Positions 12,007 through 24,632 of a DNA stretch of 54,159 nucleotides are shown one piece after another (positions within the stretch are counted from its first letter, which is position 1; each line of letters opens with the position of its first letter). The stretch covers positions 52,886,533 to 52,940,691 of the forward strand of contig NC_068994.1 in assembly GCF_001194135.2 (NCBI RefSeq). The letters are read 5' to 3'. The translations under genes and the position numbers were made by a program. The notes under the pieces were generated by a model. It was not told the DNA's origin. It was given only the letters and a program-made list of their open reading frames with translations, and did no database searches. Source of the DNA: Octopus bimaculoides. Its lineage: Eukaryota.

Positions 12007-12699
12007 TGTTTTATATTTCACGGTAGACAGCCAGGATTGCCAGATATGCGAATAAAATGCAAGAGCTTAGGAATAAAGTAGATAATATTTAATCAAGACA
12101 TACATTGTCGGGACAACACGTAGCACAGGTGAGTGGATAGGTGCTCACAGGCAGGGGCTCAACGAGGAGAAAAGGTCGTCAATGCTCTACTAACATGCTC
12201 ACATTTGGGTCACAATAACACAGTAATCAATATTAGTTTTTCAGTATCAAATGTCCCTAAGAATGAATTATTTTAAGGATAGAGGCAGTGCTGTTCTCTA
12301 AATTCTATATATTATTTGTATCATAATATTTTAGCTCTCAAAATTATAAACAAATTCGTCCTAGTCTGGATCATGCCACCACCCCCAAAACTATTATCCT
12401 TTTCTACATTCGCCTATGTTCTCTACTCGTTTTGTTGGCATTAGTGTGTGACTTAAAGACAATTTAACTCTTAGTTTTAGCAGGCGAAGCGATTGCAGCA
12501 ATGTCCGTTCTTCAGGTCTTTCGTTTAGATGTTTTATCTTCAGTTATTGACGTTTCAATGTATACGGGAAATATAATTAAGAAGGAAATAAAATCATATA
12601 ACCGCAAAAATATATTACACTAAATTTTTGAACGATAACGAAGGAATTTTCTTCTAACATTAATTTTTATAGCTAAAATTATCGTTTTCTTACTATTTT

Positions 12700-13133
12700 G
12701 ATATCGTTCTAGCATGAAAGTGAGAAATAGAGAAAGAGAGAACGGGAGGGAAAGTCGGAGTGAAAGCGAGAGATAGTCGGGAAATAGAGACAGAGAAGGA
12801 GAATATGTAAATAAAATGTGGGGGAAGAGATACAGAGACGGAAAATGAGGGACAGAGAGAGAAAGAGAAAGGAGGAGAAACAGACAAACAAACATAAAAG
12901 AAAGGAAAAAGAAAGTGAAAAACGTATATCAGGCAGAGAGAAAAGTGAAAAGAAAGACGAAGAGTATGCTTTGAGTTAAAGTGAGAGAGATACACATTTA
13001 AAAAAGAGTGAGACTGACAAAACATGTGTGGCTAGAGTGTGTGAGAGAAAGACAGAGAGAGAGAGGGGGGGAGTTTGAAAGAAAGACAGAGAAAGAATAT
13101 GTTACAGAGGAAAATGAAGAAGAAAAGGTAAGA

Positions 13134-13164
<31 letters not shown>

Positions 13165-13510
13165 TCGATGATGATTTATATAGTAGCGAAGTTGAAGGGA
13201 AGGTAGTAGAAAAGGAAAAAACATAAAATTAATATTAAAAAAGTAATTAAAAAAACAAATCGAGAAGAACAACAGCAACAGTAACAACCACAACAACAGC
13301 AACAACAACAACGGCAGGATGATGGAAGGGGAGAAGACAAAGAAGAAGAGCTGGAGAGGGAGCGAGAGAGAGAGAGAGAAAGAGAGAGAGAGTAAGAGAG
13401 AGGTAGACAGACAGATATACAGACGGACTGACAGACAGACACTGACAGAGAGACAGGCAGACAGACAGACAGGCAGACAGGCAGACAGACGGCCAGTCAG
13501 ACAGAGATAG
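12700..13510 (+). repeat. Purine-rich compound simple-repeat tract: (GA)n, (GAT)n, (CAA/CAG)n, (GACA)n
   Basis: Read directly; strongly purine-biased + strand. Confidence 0.9.
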
Positions 13511-14284
13511 TGCGATAGAACAGAAATTCGTTATACTAATTTATCATTACTAATTGGTAAACATTGCGATCACCATTAAGTAGTAATGGAATGTTTTCGT
13601 TACTTGTCAAGCGGAAATTCTTTAGAAAAATTAGCTTCTTTCTATTTGGTATTGACTTGGCAAAAAAATCAGTTCGACAAACGGTAAAAATTAAATCAAT
13701 TTTTGTGTAGCAGCAACAAAATATTTTCAGCTTTTGATTCTTGCATACATCAAACGTCTGTTTATTATATAACCATTGATTCCGAATATCGATTATGCTA
13801 GAATTATTATCTATCACGTTTGGTTTTTAGTCGTGTTGATTACGCGAAATATTTATTTTTCTAGTTTATTATTTAATACGTATTAATTTTGGTTTTTTAT
13901 TTTTGGTTACTGTATATTTCAAAGTATGAAAATTAATGTTAAATTGATAGAAATTAGAACGTTGTGATGATTGAGAATTACTTTGAATATTGTATATAGA
14001 ATTAAATGATTATGTTGTTGTTGTTGTGGTTTAGTCCTCGGTGAGGTTTGATCGATCAGATATATGATCAAAGATGATCCATCGTTGAACAGCTCGATAT
14101 AACTAGGAATATGGTATCTAAAACTGCAGACCGTCATTTGTGGATATGTGACTGCTGTTTCTAACAGGTCGAAGGACGACTCTTTAAAATTGTCCGATCT
14201 TTTTCTTTAGATGTATCTGTGAATAAATTGTCTAATACTGTAAGCTGAGATCTGAGGAGATTTCAATGTGGAATCTAACAAGTC

Positions 14285-14435
14285 AAAACTGCATCACACT
14301 GATTCTCACCGCGAACTACGTTAAAGGTGCACGTGTCTGTGGAGTGCTCTGCCACTTGCACGTTAATTTCACGCTAAGGCTGTTCCGTTGATTGGATCAA
14401 CTGGAACCCTCGTCGTCGCAACCGACGGAGAGCCA
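14285..14435 (+). mobile_element. SINE family C, 3' half
   Basis: aactacgttaaaggtgcacgtgtctgtggagtgctctgccacttgcacgttaatttcacg...ctgttccgttgattggatcaactggaaccctcgtcgtcgcaaccgacggagagcca; its 3' end matches the reverse complement of 16308-16360. Linking it to the 6807/31706 heads rests on my recall of the family consensus. Confidence 0.75.
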
Positions 14436-15347
14436 CGTATATATATTGCACTCTTTTTACAGTGTTATGAGTTTTTAACTCTTATTTCTATGTACATAGG
14501 TAAATAAACGTATAGCCGAAACCCTGCTTCGGCACCTTAGGTCACATTTAGTGACGATTATATTTTATCTGTATACACACATACAAACATGTATACATAC
14601 ATATTATATATATANNNNNNNNNNNNNNNNNNNNNNNNNNNNNNNNNNNNNNNNNNNNNNNNNNNNNNNNNNNNNNNNNNNNNNNNNNNNNNNNNNNNNN
14701 NNNNNNNNNNNNNNNNNNNNATATATATATATATATATATATATATACATGAATGTATATATGCATATGCACATAATTATGTAACTATGCATGCCTGATG
14801 TATATTCCGCAACATATCAACAATCACTGTGCATGTACACTGGCCGTTGCTTGCGGTTTCGAAGAATCAACCATGCTGATTTGTGTTATAATTAGTGGCA
14901 ATTAAACTGCAATTAGCATTTACTGTAAAAGTCGACAGCCACAGCTGGAAATTCTATCATTAGATTTATTTCCCCCTTTTTAAAGCCATTACTGGGGACG
15001 ATAAAATGGTAATAAACAATGGATGTCCGTAACTGTTAGCTAATAACAGAGAGTAATATCATACGTGCCGAAGAGAAAGCAACCTGTGTTTCGTTTCACT
15101 GAACACAGCCATCTCTGTAATTTAGAATAGGGTGAGATGTAATATTCTTGTCTTCATGTCTTTTTAAATGCCATTAATTGTCGGTGCAGGCGACGATAAG
15201 TAGCATTTAACTCGGAAATCGCAGCCGTTTGCTCGATTTGCCTGGCTGAGAGATTTATTTGCATTAAATTATATAAAGTTCTCCGTCCCCACTATTGTAT
15301 TCTGATAGTTTACAAAATGTTCCTACGTCTCTCTATATTCGAAAGTA

Positions 15348-15407
<60 letters not shown>

Positions 15408-16307
15408 NNNNNNNNNNNNNNNNNNNNNNNNNNNNNNNNNNNNNNNNNNNNNNNNNNNNNNNNNNNNNNNNNNNNNNNNNNNNNNNNNNNNNNNNNNNNN
15501 NNNNNNNNNNNNNNNNNNNNNNNNNNNNNNNNNNNNNNNNNNNNNNNNNNNNNNNNNNNNNNNNNNNNNNNNNNNNNNNNNNNNNNNNNNNNNNNNNNNN
15601 NNNNNNNNNNNNNNNNNNNNNNNNNNNNNNNNNNNNNNNNNNNNNNNNNNNNNNNNNNNNNNNNNNNNNNNNNNNNNNNNNNNNNNNNNNNNNNNNNNNN
15701 NNNNNNNNNNNNNNNNNNNNNNNNNNNNNNNNNNNNNNNNNNNNNNNNNNNNNNNNNNNNNNNNNNNNNNNNNNNNNNNNNNNNNNNNNNNNNNNNNNNN
15801 NNNNNNNNNNNNNNNNNNNNNNNNNNNNNNNNNNNNNNNNNNNNNNNNNNNNNNNNNNNNNNNNNNNNNNNNNNNNNNNNNNNNNNNNNNNNNNNNNNNN
15901 NNNNNNNNNNNNNNNNNNNNNNNNNNNNNNNNNNNNNNNNNNNNNNNNNNNNNNNNNNNNNNNNNNNNNNNNNNNNNNNNNNNNNNNNNNNNNNNNNNNN
16001 NNNNNNNNNNNNNNNNNNNNNNNNNNNNNNNNNNNNNNNNNNNNNNNNNNNNNNNNNNNNNNNNNNNNNNNNNNNNNNNNNNNNNNNNNNNNNNNNNNNN
16101 NNNNNNNNNNNNNNNNNNNNNNNNNNNNNNNNNNNNNNNNNNNNNNNNNNNNNNNNNNNNNNNNNNNNNNNNNNNNNNNNNNNNNNNNNNNNNNNNNNNN
16201 NNNNNNNATTGGGAAACATGTGGTTAGTAAGTAACCTACTTACAACCCACCCACTCCTGTACCTATATTTACCAAAAAATTATTTCTTACACATTCAAAA
16301 AACAGAA

Positions 16308-16516
16308 TGGCACTCCGTCGATTACGAAGGCCAGTGTCCCAGTTGATTCGATTAGCGAAACAGGCTTAGTTGGCTACACCGATCCTATTACTTGAATGAT
16401 ACTTTAGTATACCGACGCTGAAAGGATGAAAGTCAAAGAGCTGACTTCGACAGGACTTGACCTATGAACTTAAAATACCGGAAGAGACGATGCTGAGATT
16501 CTGCTGACACGCCGCC
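16308..16516 (-). mobile_element. Adjacent or chimeric SINE fragments: family C tail plus degraded family A
   Basis: tggcactccgtcgattacg...ccagttgattcgattagcgaaacaggct followed by ctgaaaggatgaaagtcaaag...gattctgctgacacgccgcc. Confidence 0.65.
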
Positions 16517-17063
16517 ATCATTGTGGTATGTAAATTAGGAAAGGTTTCAAATTATTCTATTCGGAGATGGTTAAACGTAACAACAAGTATTTGTAAACAT
16601 GAGATTTTCATAGCATTCAATCATAAACAGCTAATCATGAACATATTTCATGTATGGCTAATTTTTATCAGTCACGCTTGTTTGTGATACTTTGACATTT
16701 ATATTCTCCTTTTGTGACATCAATGCACTTTGTAATTACACATATTAGCTGTTTGATTATTTTAACAGCCTTCTATGCTATTAATAATTGCTGCCATCTT
16801 GAAATTACACCATATAATTGCATAGACCTCAATTATGCATGTACCACTGGGAGCAATTCCGATGCACTAATTCAAAAAATATGAAAGAGAACGTCGATGA
16901 CAAATGAAGGGAGTATGCACATCACGCAGCACTGTACAGGGACAAAGACCCGGATAACATGCAATGCTCTCTAATATATAGGATACTGAACTATTAACAT
17001 ACCAAGTTAAAGATGGAACATTGTAATACCGGCTTTAATGTCAGCATGTATACATACATACAT

Positions 17064-17176
17064 ACAAAAATACCCTGTGGTTGATGTTGAAATTCCAATG
17101 AAGGAATATTGGATCTAGGTTAGAAACCGACTCTTTCTCTATTAGCAAGAAATCTTGAAATAAAACTGAACAATAA
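17064..17176. repeat. Second, inverted copy of the 2469-2575 dispersed repeat
   Basis: ttggatctaggttagaaaccgactctttctctattagcaagaaatcttgaaataaaactgaa, flanked by (TACA)n and (CA)n. Confidence 0.75.
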
Positions 17177-17199
17177 CGTACAAACGTACGTACGTACAT

Positions 17200-17245
<46 letters not shown>

Positions 17246-17682
17246 ACGCGCATAGCCATTCGGTTTATTGTATACAACCGGTAAAGTGGTGAATCCTGAA
17301 ACTATTTGTACTGCTCATTTAGATTTTAGTGTCATAGCAACCAGGAACGAAGGGACTCGAACGTGACAAGTTCTTTATCTCTGGACCTGAAATGTCACAA
17401 AACTCAAACTGAGGTATCTGAAGCAAAAACAGGATAGGTAATGAGATCCTGATTAGAGAACAGCATACGTGTCAAAAGAAATTCGCTATAAGGCTACTTG
17501 ATCATGACTAAGACAAACTTTGGACTAAAAGACCAAGAACTCGATATGGTAGTAATAGTAGTCAAATTGCTTTAAATTCCTCCTACCATAGTAAAGCGAG
17601 AGGACATCATGTTAGATAAATGCAGCTATAGCTACATAAGAAAATGGAATGTTCACCTTTGGAATGTCTTTGATGATGATGA

Positions 17683-17774
<92 letters not shown>

Positions 17775-17996
17775 ATATGTATGTGAGTACATACACATAT
17801 ATATTTTAATATGCATGCGTGTGCATGAATGTGTGCAAGTATATATTACATGCGTACATGCATACACACGCACGGGTATGTGTCTACTTGTGTGCATATA
17901 TTTCTGTATATTGGTTCTCTTATCATACACTTACATATTCTTATTATACAAAAGAGGAACGCTAGTTATCTATGCACATATATGTATGTGTCTATG

Positions 17997-18048
<52 letters not shown>

Positions 18049-18555
18049 TGTGTGTTCAATTAATGTAATCACTTCATATACTTAAGGCTGTTGTTTTTGC
18101 ACTTAGATTACTTGAGAAACCTTATGATTGAAAAAAGAAAACCAAACTTATATTGTTTTAGGCTACTTTACAAATAGCAGAAAAAAATATGTATAATCTT
18201 ACAGAAATATAACGTATAACATCTTAAACCTTCCTTTCCATCACTTTTTTAATAGCATCTAACCGTAGACCTTCCGACGTAGAATCATACCTACATATAC
18301 AGTGTATTGTTGCAGAGTTTCTAACTTCGCTGATAGAATTACAAAGGTTTCGTTAATCGAATTATATTCAATAGTCTGGGAATTGTCTCTGTAATCAAAA
18401 CAATTTACAAACACCTGCTCTTAAGTTTTCAAAGAATGTGTATTAAGTGATTTGATAAAATAGCTTATGAGAATTTTTGATGAGACCAGCTTATGCCAGA
18501 AAGGAGGCATTCTCACTTCAGAAGTGTATAGTTATATGCATCAATGTATATTGGC

Positions 18556-18633
<78 letters not shown>

Positions 18634-19074
18634 GTTTGTGTTGTGTGTTTGTATGTATGTGTGTTTGTGTGTATGTGTGTGTGTGCGTGTGTGAGTGTGT
18701 ATTCGAACACTTATAGTTATTACCTATTCGGTGGTAACATAACACTTCGCTAATCAATAAACTAATCTTGTCAATGTAATATAACTGTCTCGAACGCTGC
18801 CTTAAATACAATAATAATAATAATGGTGATGATGATGATGATGATGATAATGATGATGGTGATGATGATGATGATGATGATGACGATGATATCATTTCTT
18901 TGCCACAAGTGCGACGGGTGTGGGGGATAATAAAAGGACAGACATAAAGTGTGAGGGTTTACATATAATGAAATGATAAAAAAAAATGGGAAGAAAGAAA
19001 TTAAGTACACACAGTATACACTGAAAAACAAGGGACATGCGCATAGCATATAAAGGTTTTACAGAAAACAGGTG

Positions 19075-19460
19075 GGGAGGATGATAGAGATGTGATCCTC
19101 CTGATATAGGAAGACCTGTAGGGATAAACGAGGAACCTCTCTCTCCGAGATTTTCCTGAAACCCCGAGAGAAAGTGCCCTCTCCAATTCTTTCTGTCCGA
19201 CTCACAGGTCTACACAAAGAGAGGTACCATCCACTTTGTCGCACATTTCAATAAACTCACTCGAAGACTGCACTTCCCTATCCGCCCTCAATTTCCCTTT
19301 CAGGTGAAACTTAAAGAAGAAGACAATGAGAGCTCTATCAAAGAGGAATTTATCTGTTTTCATGCCTTTCAGCCTCGTCCACCAAACAAACCTCTTTCGT
19401 CACAGCCACCAGGCAAAGGAAAACTGACTTGCTTGCCCGATTGAAAAAGTACCTAGACTC
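19075..19460 (-). mobile_element. 3' end of an L1/Tx1-like LINE (ORF2 C-terminus plus 3' UTR), decayed
   Basis: Minus frames give ...VWWTRLKGMKTDKFLFDRALIVFFFKFHLKGKLRADREVQSSSEFIEMC..., resembling Tx1-type ORF2 ends as I recall them from octopus; frameshifted. Confidence 0.55.
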
Positions 19461-20519
19461 TTTAATAACATACGTTTAGGAGAGAAAGAGCAAATGTTCC
19501 AGTCTGATCAGATAAAAATTGAATCAATCATGGTGCTTAGACGTAATTTATAACGGCTTTGATCTATGTTTTTGCTACCCACCTCCGTTCAATCCTTAAA
19601 AGATAGCTTTTTATCTGTCTGTTTCTGAATAAAACTACTTAAAGTGGCGAAATGTCGACCCAATTTTTATCCCAAAAGCTTATTTTTATCTTCGCACATC
19701 CTCCAGTCGTGTCCGTTGAACATCTGTTACATCTATGTGTCTTGACGTTCTAATGTAAAAATCTGCTGAGCGTCCTGACAAGGTTAGTTATGCTGAGTGT
19801 GCACTTGTGACTTGTGTAAACAAACAACAGGGAAGTACACACCCTCCACTATTCCTCTCTGCTAACTTAGCGTCATGTACAGATGCAATCTGAATGACAG
19901 AATGATGAATGTCTAATTCCACGTTGGAACAAACTGGAAATATATCGTAATTGTTAGAAACCTGCTACTACCTGAGAAAATCTGTGAATCTTTTACACTG
20001 CTTTCTCATCGATTTCTCACACACAATCGCAACATATGCATCTAGCAATGGTTTTATTCATGAATTCATGATATTCTTGTATTCCTCTGGTTCTGTATAT
20101 ACATATTGATGCTTTTGTTGGTATTGTTACGAGATTAGCAAGTTGGTTATGTTGTTTAGCTTGCAGCTGTTGCTGTTATCCTTATGTTTACTAGATTTCG
20201 TTTATCTACTTTTTTTTTTTGCTTTTTTCCTGTTTTTATTTGTAGTCACACTATGAAGCTCACACTTTCATAAAAAATAAACACAAAGCTATGTGCAGAG
20301 TCTTCAGTTTCTCCTCACTGTTTTCATCATAATTAATGAACAAATGATTTAGTTTAACTGATCTTTGCAACATCGTTTAGCAAAATCTTTGCAAAATCGC
20401 TGAGATATGACCCGTTTCTCTAAGACAAAATTATCAACAAGATATATTTTAAGGGGCTCATATTTTATTATCTTCAGAATACTACCAGACGCATCTTTTT
20501 TGTTCTCCTCTCTTTGCAT

Positions 20520-21760
20520 ATCTAGTTACTCTGTTAAATCCCTTCATTCTTTATAAGAATATAAATTATACCGTTCTATCAATAGTCAATTCAAAGATGT
20601 CATCATTACTAAGCTCACAAATTTCCCAATTTCCTGTAAACATAACAAATTCCTTTCCTTCGCCAAAACAAATCTTTAAATGTTTTCAAGTATTTCTTAA
20701 TAAAGGTAGAACTTCTTTAAATATTGCATTTAAGCAGATCGTCGTGACATTTCCAAGTGATATGATTCAAATGGATGTCATTTTAGACATTCAATCAGCA
20801 CCAGTAATCTTCTTACGGTCATGTCAGTCCGATGCCTAATAAATTATATTCTTTGAAAGGATTCTTGCATTTGGTATGCCATGAAAGTTACTATTACGCT
20901 CTGCTGCATAATCGGCAGAAGAAGCGTTATAAGACGACACATATCAAATGATTTTACTTAAAGCTTCGGTCGATTTCATCAAGATTTGGATGAGGACCAG
21001 GGGCATTTATTAACAGAAGAATGGCTTTGGATGGCAAATGCTTTGACATGCTCAATGCATGAGTTGTATGCAACAGTGAAAATACAGTATGTGTATCAAT
21101 CCAGTAGCAGTTATCCTATATCCTAAAGACTTTATTAGTCTTCCGATAAACAATCTCGTGTAACGGTTCACTACAATTTCAAAGCTCGCTGTTTCCACGT
21201 GGTAGAAAAATATTGCCTCTAATTCATACTTCATGAAACATGACCAGTAACATGGAGTCTTCATTTGTCATTGGCTGCTTTAAATTCTAGACAAACATTT
21301 CTTAAAACTTACCAAAAATCTTTACAGATATTCTCAACCGTTTACCAAATGATATCATCCCCATATTTAGCACTCGCTGTAACGACTTGAAATTTCGAAG
21401 CAATAATTTTAGCTGCTTTGCCACCTACACCTACTGCCTCAGAAGCTAATGCATCATTACCAATTACGGTGCACGTTGAGCAATGTATATAGCCTACAAT
21501 CGAGCCCTTTCTACATATTCAGTCATCAAAATATTTGTTGCTACATCACAAAATGTAAATTGATCGATGGAAACGTATTGTTTGATATAAATGTCACCTT
21601 TCATTGTTCCACTAATTTACTACAGGAATAACTCACGCTGCACTTTTTACTGCATCATTTTTTATCTCTACATTCTTCAAAATAGGTGGAAACAATGCGC
21701 ATGTCTACTTCCTGAAAATTTGAGAAGACTGAAATTTAGGCTTTGCCTTAAATAAACCTT
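20520..21760 (-). mobile_element. Decayed Tigger/pogo-family transposase (CENP-B HTH plus DDE_1)
   Basis: Colinear motifs across frames vs Tigger consensus: ILKNVEIKNDAVKSAA (N-terminal HTH); SEAVGVGGKAAK (GEAASAD); FKAANDK (FKASKDR); YELEAIFFYHVE/QRALK (FKLKPMLIYHSENPRALK); LPSKAILLLINAPGPHP (IPFKILLLIDNAPGHP); LPIMQQSVIVTFMAY (LQPMDQGVISTFKSY); NVTTICLNAIFKEVLP. Many stops and frameshifts. Confidence 0.85.
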
Positions 21761-22514
21761 AGATGTGTGTCTATGACATGTTCTGTGTTGTAATAAGATT
21801 ATTGTCCGTATTTAGTAAACTATTATATTCTTTAGTTATTCTCCTGAATTAGCAATTTTAGCAAGGCTTCTAGAATTGCTGTTTTGAGTATCGAATGTGC
21901 CCCTATGAAGTTACCACAATGCTAGAAATTCCAACCAAATATCCTTCATACCACTTATTACTATCTTAGAAAAGGGACATCATAAGGATTTTAACCCTGT
22001 TTGAAAAAGATCAGATAGTCATGGATAGAGCGCTTTAATGCTAGCTGCACACAATCAGAATTTCCATGGGGCTAAAAATCAACTTCAACAGATTTATTTG
22101 ATTCACTGATACCAACGTACTTTTCTGCCGAAAATATCTTTCTGAAGATATATTACATTAGCGGTCAGTATTTATTAAGTAACTGATATTTAATTTATAA
22201 TCCAAGGAAGACTAAATAACATAAGCGTTTTCAAAATTATTCGAGCACCAAAACATAAAATGGTGCAACGAAAAACCGCAATACTCTTCGTCCGAATTTC
22301 TACCTATTCTCTTGTTCACAACAAATATGGTATTGATTTTAATAATGATTTCTAATCTAAGCACGGAGTCACATATTCTGGGTTGACGGAAGCGTTGATT
22401 AATTAGACAGTAATGTTTCACTGATACATATTGATTATAGCATAATGAATGCCAATGACTGGCATCGTTGAATTGAAATAACGTACGTAAAACTTTGTAG
22501 TCTTAATTCCTAGT

Positions 22515-23075
22515 TTTACTTGCTCGGCCTGGGCCAAGAGGCAGTGACCTTCACCTACGCAGGTTCTCCTATACTGGTGAGATTAATCTTTCTCTTGAAC
22601 CTATATAACCAACAATGCAGGAAGACAATTTCAGGAGAACAGAGCTCGAGTAAGAGGAGACTAAGTTTAGTGATTAGCATTGGGCCTGGGCAGTGGATGT
22701 AACAAGCGATAGGAAACGAAGCAAAACTCGTGGTCCGATCGGAAATTGAGCGAGGGTGGATCACCGCCAGTCTGCTCCGAGAGCAGAGTTCAATATAGAG
22801 CTCATTTTCAGTAGTAAAGTAGAGAGAACAGACACTGCGATTGTGGGTCAGAGATTGGGATTTTTGGTATATATGTTTAATGTCAATCAGTCGAGCGGTC
22901 CTTTTCCGGGGCCTGAGATATCTCCATGTGCAGCAGAAGTACCGTCCCAGATTTGAGGCAATAATCTAGTTTGCACTTCACCTAAGCTCTTGTAGAATAC
23001 CAGTATTAGGGAATGGAAGTGTTTTTTGGTCTTATGGAACAGGTCAGTTTTTGTGATGGTGTTTAATCTTATATT
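22515..23075 (-). mobile_element. 3' end of a CR1/L2-group LINE ORF2, decayed
   Basis: Minus frames: FHKTKKHFHSLILVFYKS, IWDGTSAAH, RKRTARLID, SQSLTHNRSVCSL, RTTSFASFP, FKRKIN; matches the post-RT C-terminus of CR1-group ORF2 (..YKxxIRPxLEY..IW..A..RIQKRAxRLI..LQSL.HRR.V..L). Confidence 0.75.
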
Positions 23076-24480
23076 TACATTAGAATATGCTATGTTAAGT
23101 AATTATGACAAATCGCTTGATCCAAATATCGCTCTACTCTTTCTGACTTTTATGTTCGGAATGTAATCATTCTTTTATTAATTAGCACAGCGAGAAAACT
23201 TTGGTAAATTCTGGTGGAACCAAAGGTGAAAATTTGTTTTAGACAATGGAATGTCAAGATTCAGACGATGGTGTTAAGGTGGTAATAATCAGTTACTGTC
23301 TTTTAATTTTATTTCCCACTAAGGTTGTCATTACTTTCCACCATTTTCGATGTCTGGGAAATAAATGAATGTAGAAACTAGAAAAACAAATGCCGCAGAA
23401 CGGTTCAAGAGGCCGTTAAGTAACGACCAGTTACCGAACAACGTAAACTTAAAGGGGAACAGCAATTAGCAGGTGTAACTTCACAATATGTTGCTCCCCC
23501 AACTCACCAGCAAAATATAAATTTCAATTTGCTGAAGTGGCGCTCAAAAGTAGTTGTAATGCAACTGATGTGTCACATTGCCTATTCTACCTTGTCTGTC
23601 TCCTGTATACATTACAATTTAAAATATAATATGCAATTTTAAAGTATGCATAAACGAGGTGGTGATGGTGGGGATGATTGAAAAGATATGTTTTGTCATA
23701 TAAAAATTACAAAATAAAAGCTCAAAAATTTTTAAATATCAAATGAAAAATATTAAAAAAGAAGAAACAAAACATAAACGTATTAGCTCATTGGATTATC
23801 AGCCGCTGATATGTCTATTAAATATTTCATCTAATGGAATATTATTCTAATATCTAGCAAATGTGCATCTGTAATGCAATTCTTTTAGTAAATGTACATC
23901 TGTCTCTTCACAGTGCTCTGTGCATTCCATTTAATTAATATTCATATTTTTATAAATTGAAATGCATTTAAATGGACTTGAATATGTATGTGTGCGTTAA
24001 ATCGTTTCTAATGAAATGTTCGTCTATTGGTTTTTTTTAAATTTAATTTNNNNNNNNNNNNNNNNNNNNNNNNNNNNNNNNNNNNNNNNNNNNNNNNNNN
24101 NNNNNNNNNNNNNNNNNNNNNNNNNNNNNNNNNNNNNNNNNNNNNNNNNNNNNNNNNNNNNNNNNNNNNNNNNNNNNNNNNNNNNNNNNNNNNNNNNNNN
24201 NNNNNNNNNNNNNNNNNNNNNNNNNNNNNNNNNNNNNNNNNNNNNNNNNNNNNNNNNNNNNNNNNNNNNNNNNNNNNNNNNNNNNNNNNNNNNNNNNNNN
24301 NNNNNNNNNNNNNNNNNNNNNNNNNNNNNNNNNNNNNNNNNNNNNNNNNNNNNNNNNNNNNNNNNNNNNNNNNNNNNNNNNNNNNNNNNNNNNNNNNNNN
24401 NNNNNNNNNNNNNNNNNNNNNNNNNNNNNNNNNNNNNNNNNNNNNNNNNNNNNNNNNNNNNNNNNNNNNNNNNNNNNNNN

Positions 24481-24572
24481 GAGATGGACGGATGGATTGA
24501 TGGACGGATGGATTGATGGACGGATGGATTGATGGACGGACAGACAGGCAGAGAGGCAGACAGATTGATATT

Positions 24573-24630
<58 letters not shown>
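24481..24630 (+). repeat. 16-bp unit gatggacggatggatt (~3.5 copies) followed by (GATA)n
   Basis: Read directly; abuts a gap. Confidence 0.9.

Positions 24631-24632
<2 letters not shown>

Noticed and set aside
17440-17690. RTE-like LINE 3' end with (GAT)n tail
   Set aside because: The tail is suggestive but the upstream peptide similarity is too weak to call.
19707-19782. 76-nt + strand exon with good acceptor and AAG|GTTAGT donor
   Set aside because: Stops in all three frames; at most a non-coding exon, with no further support.
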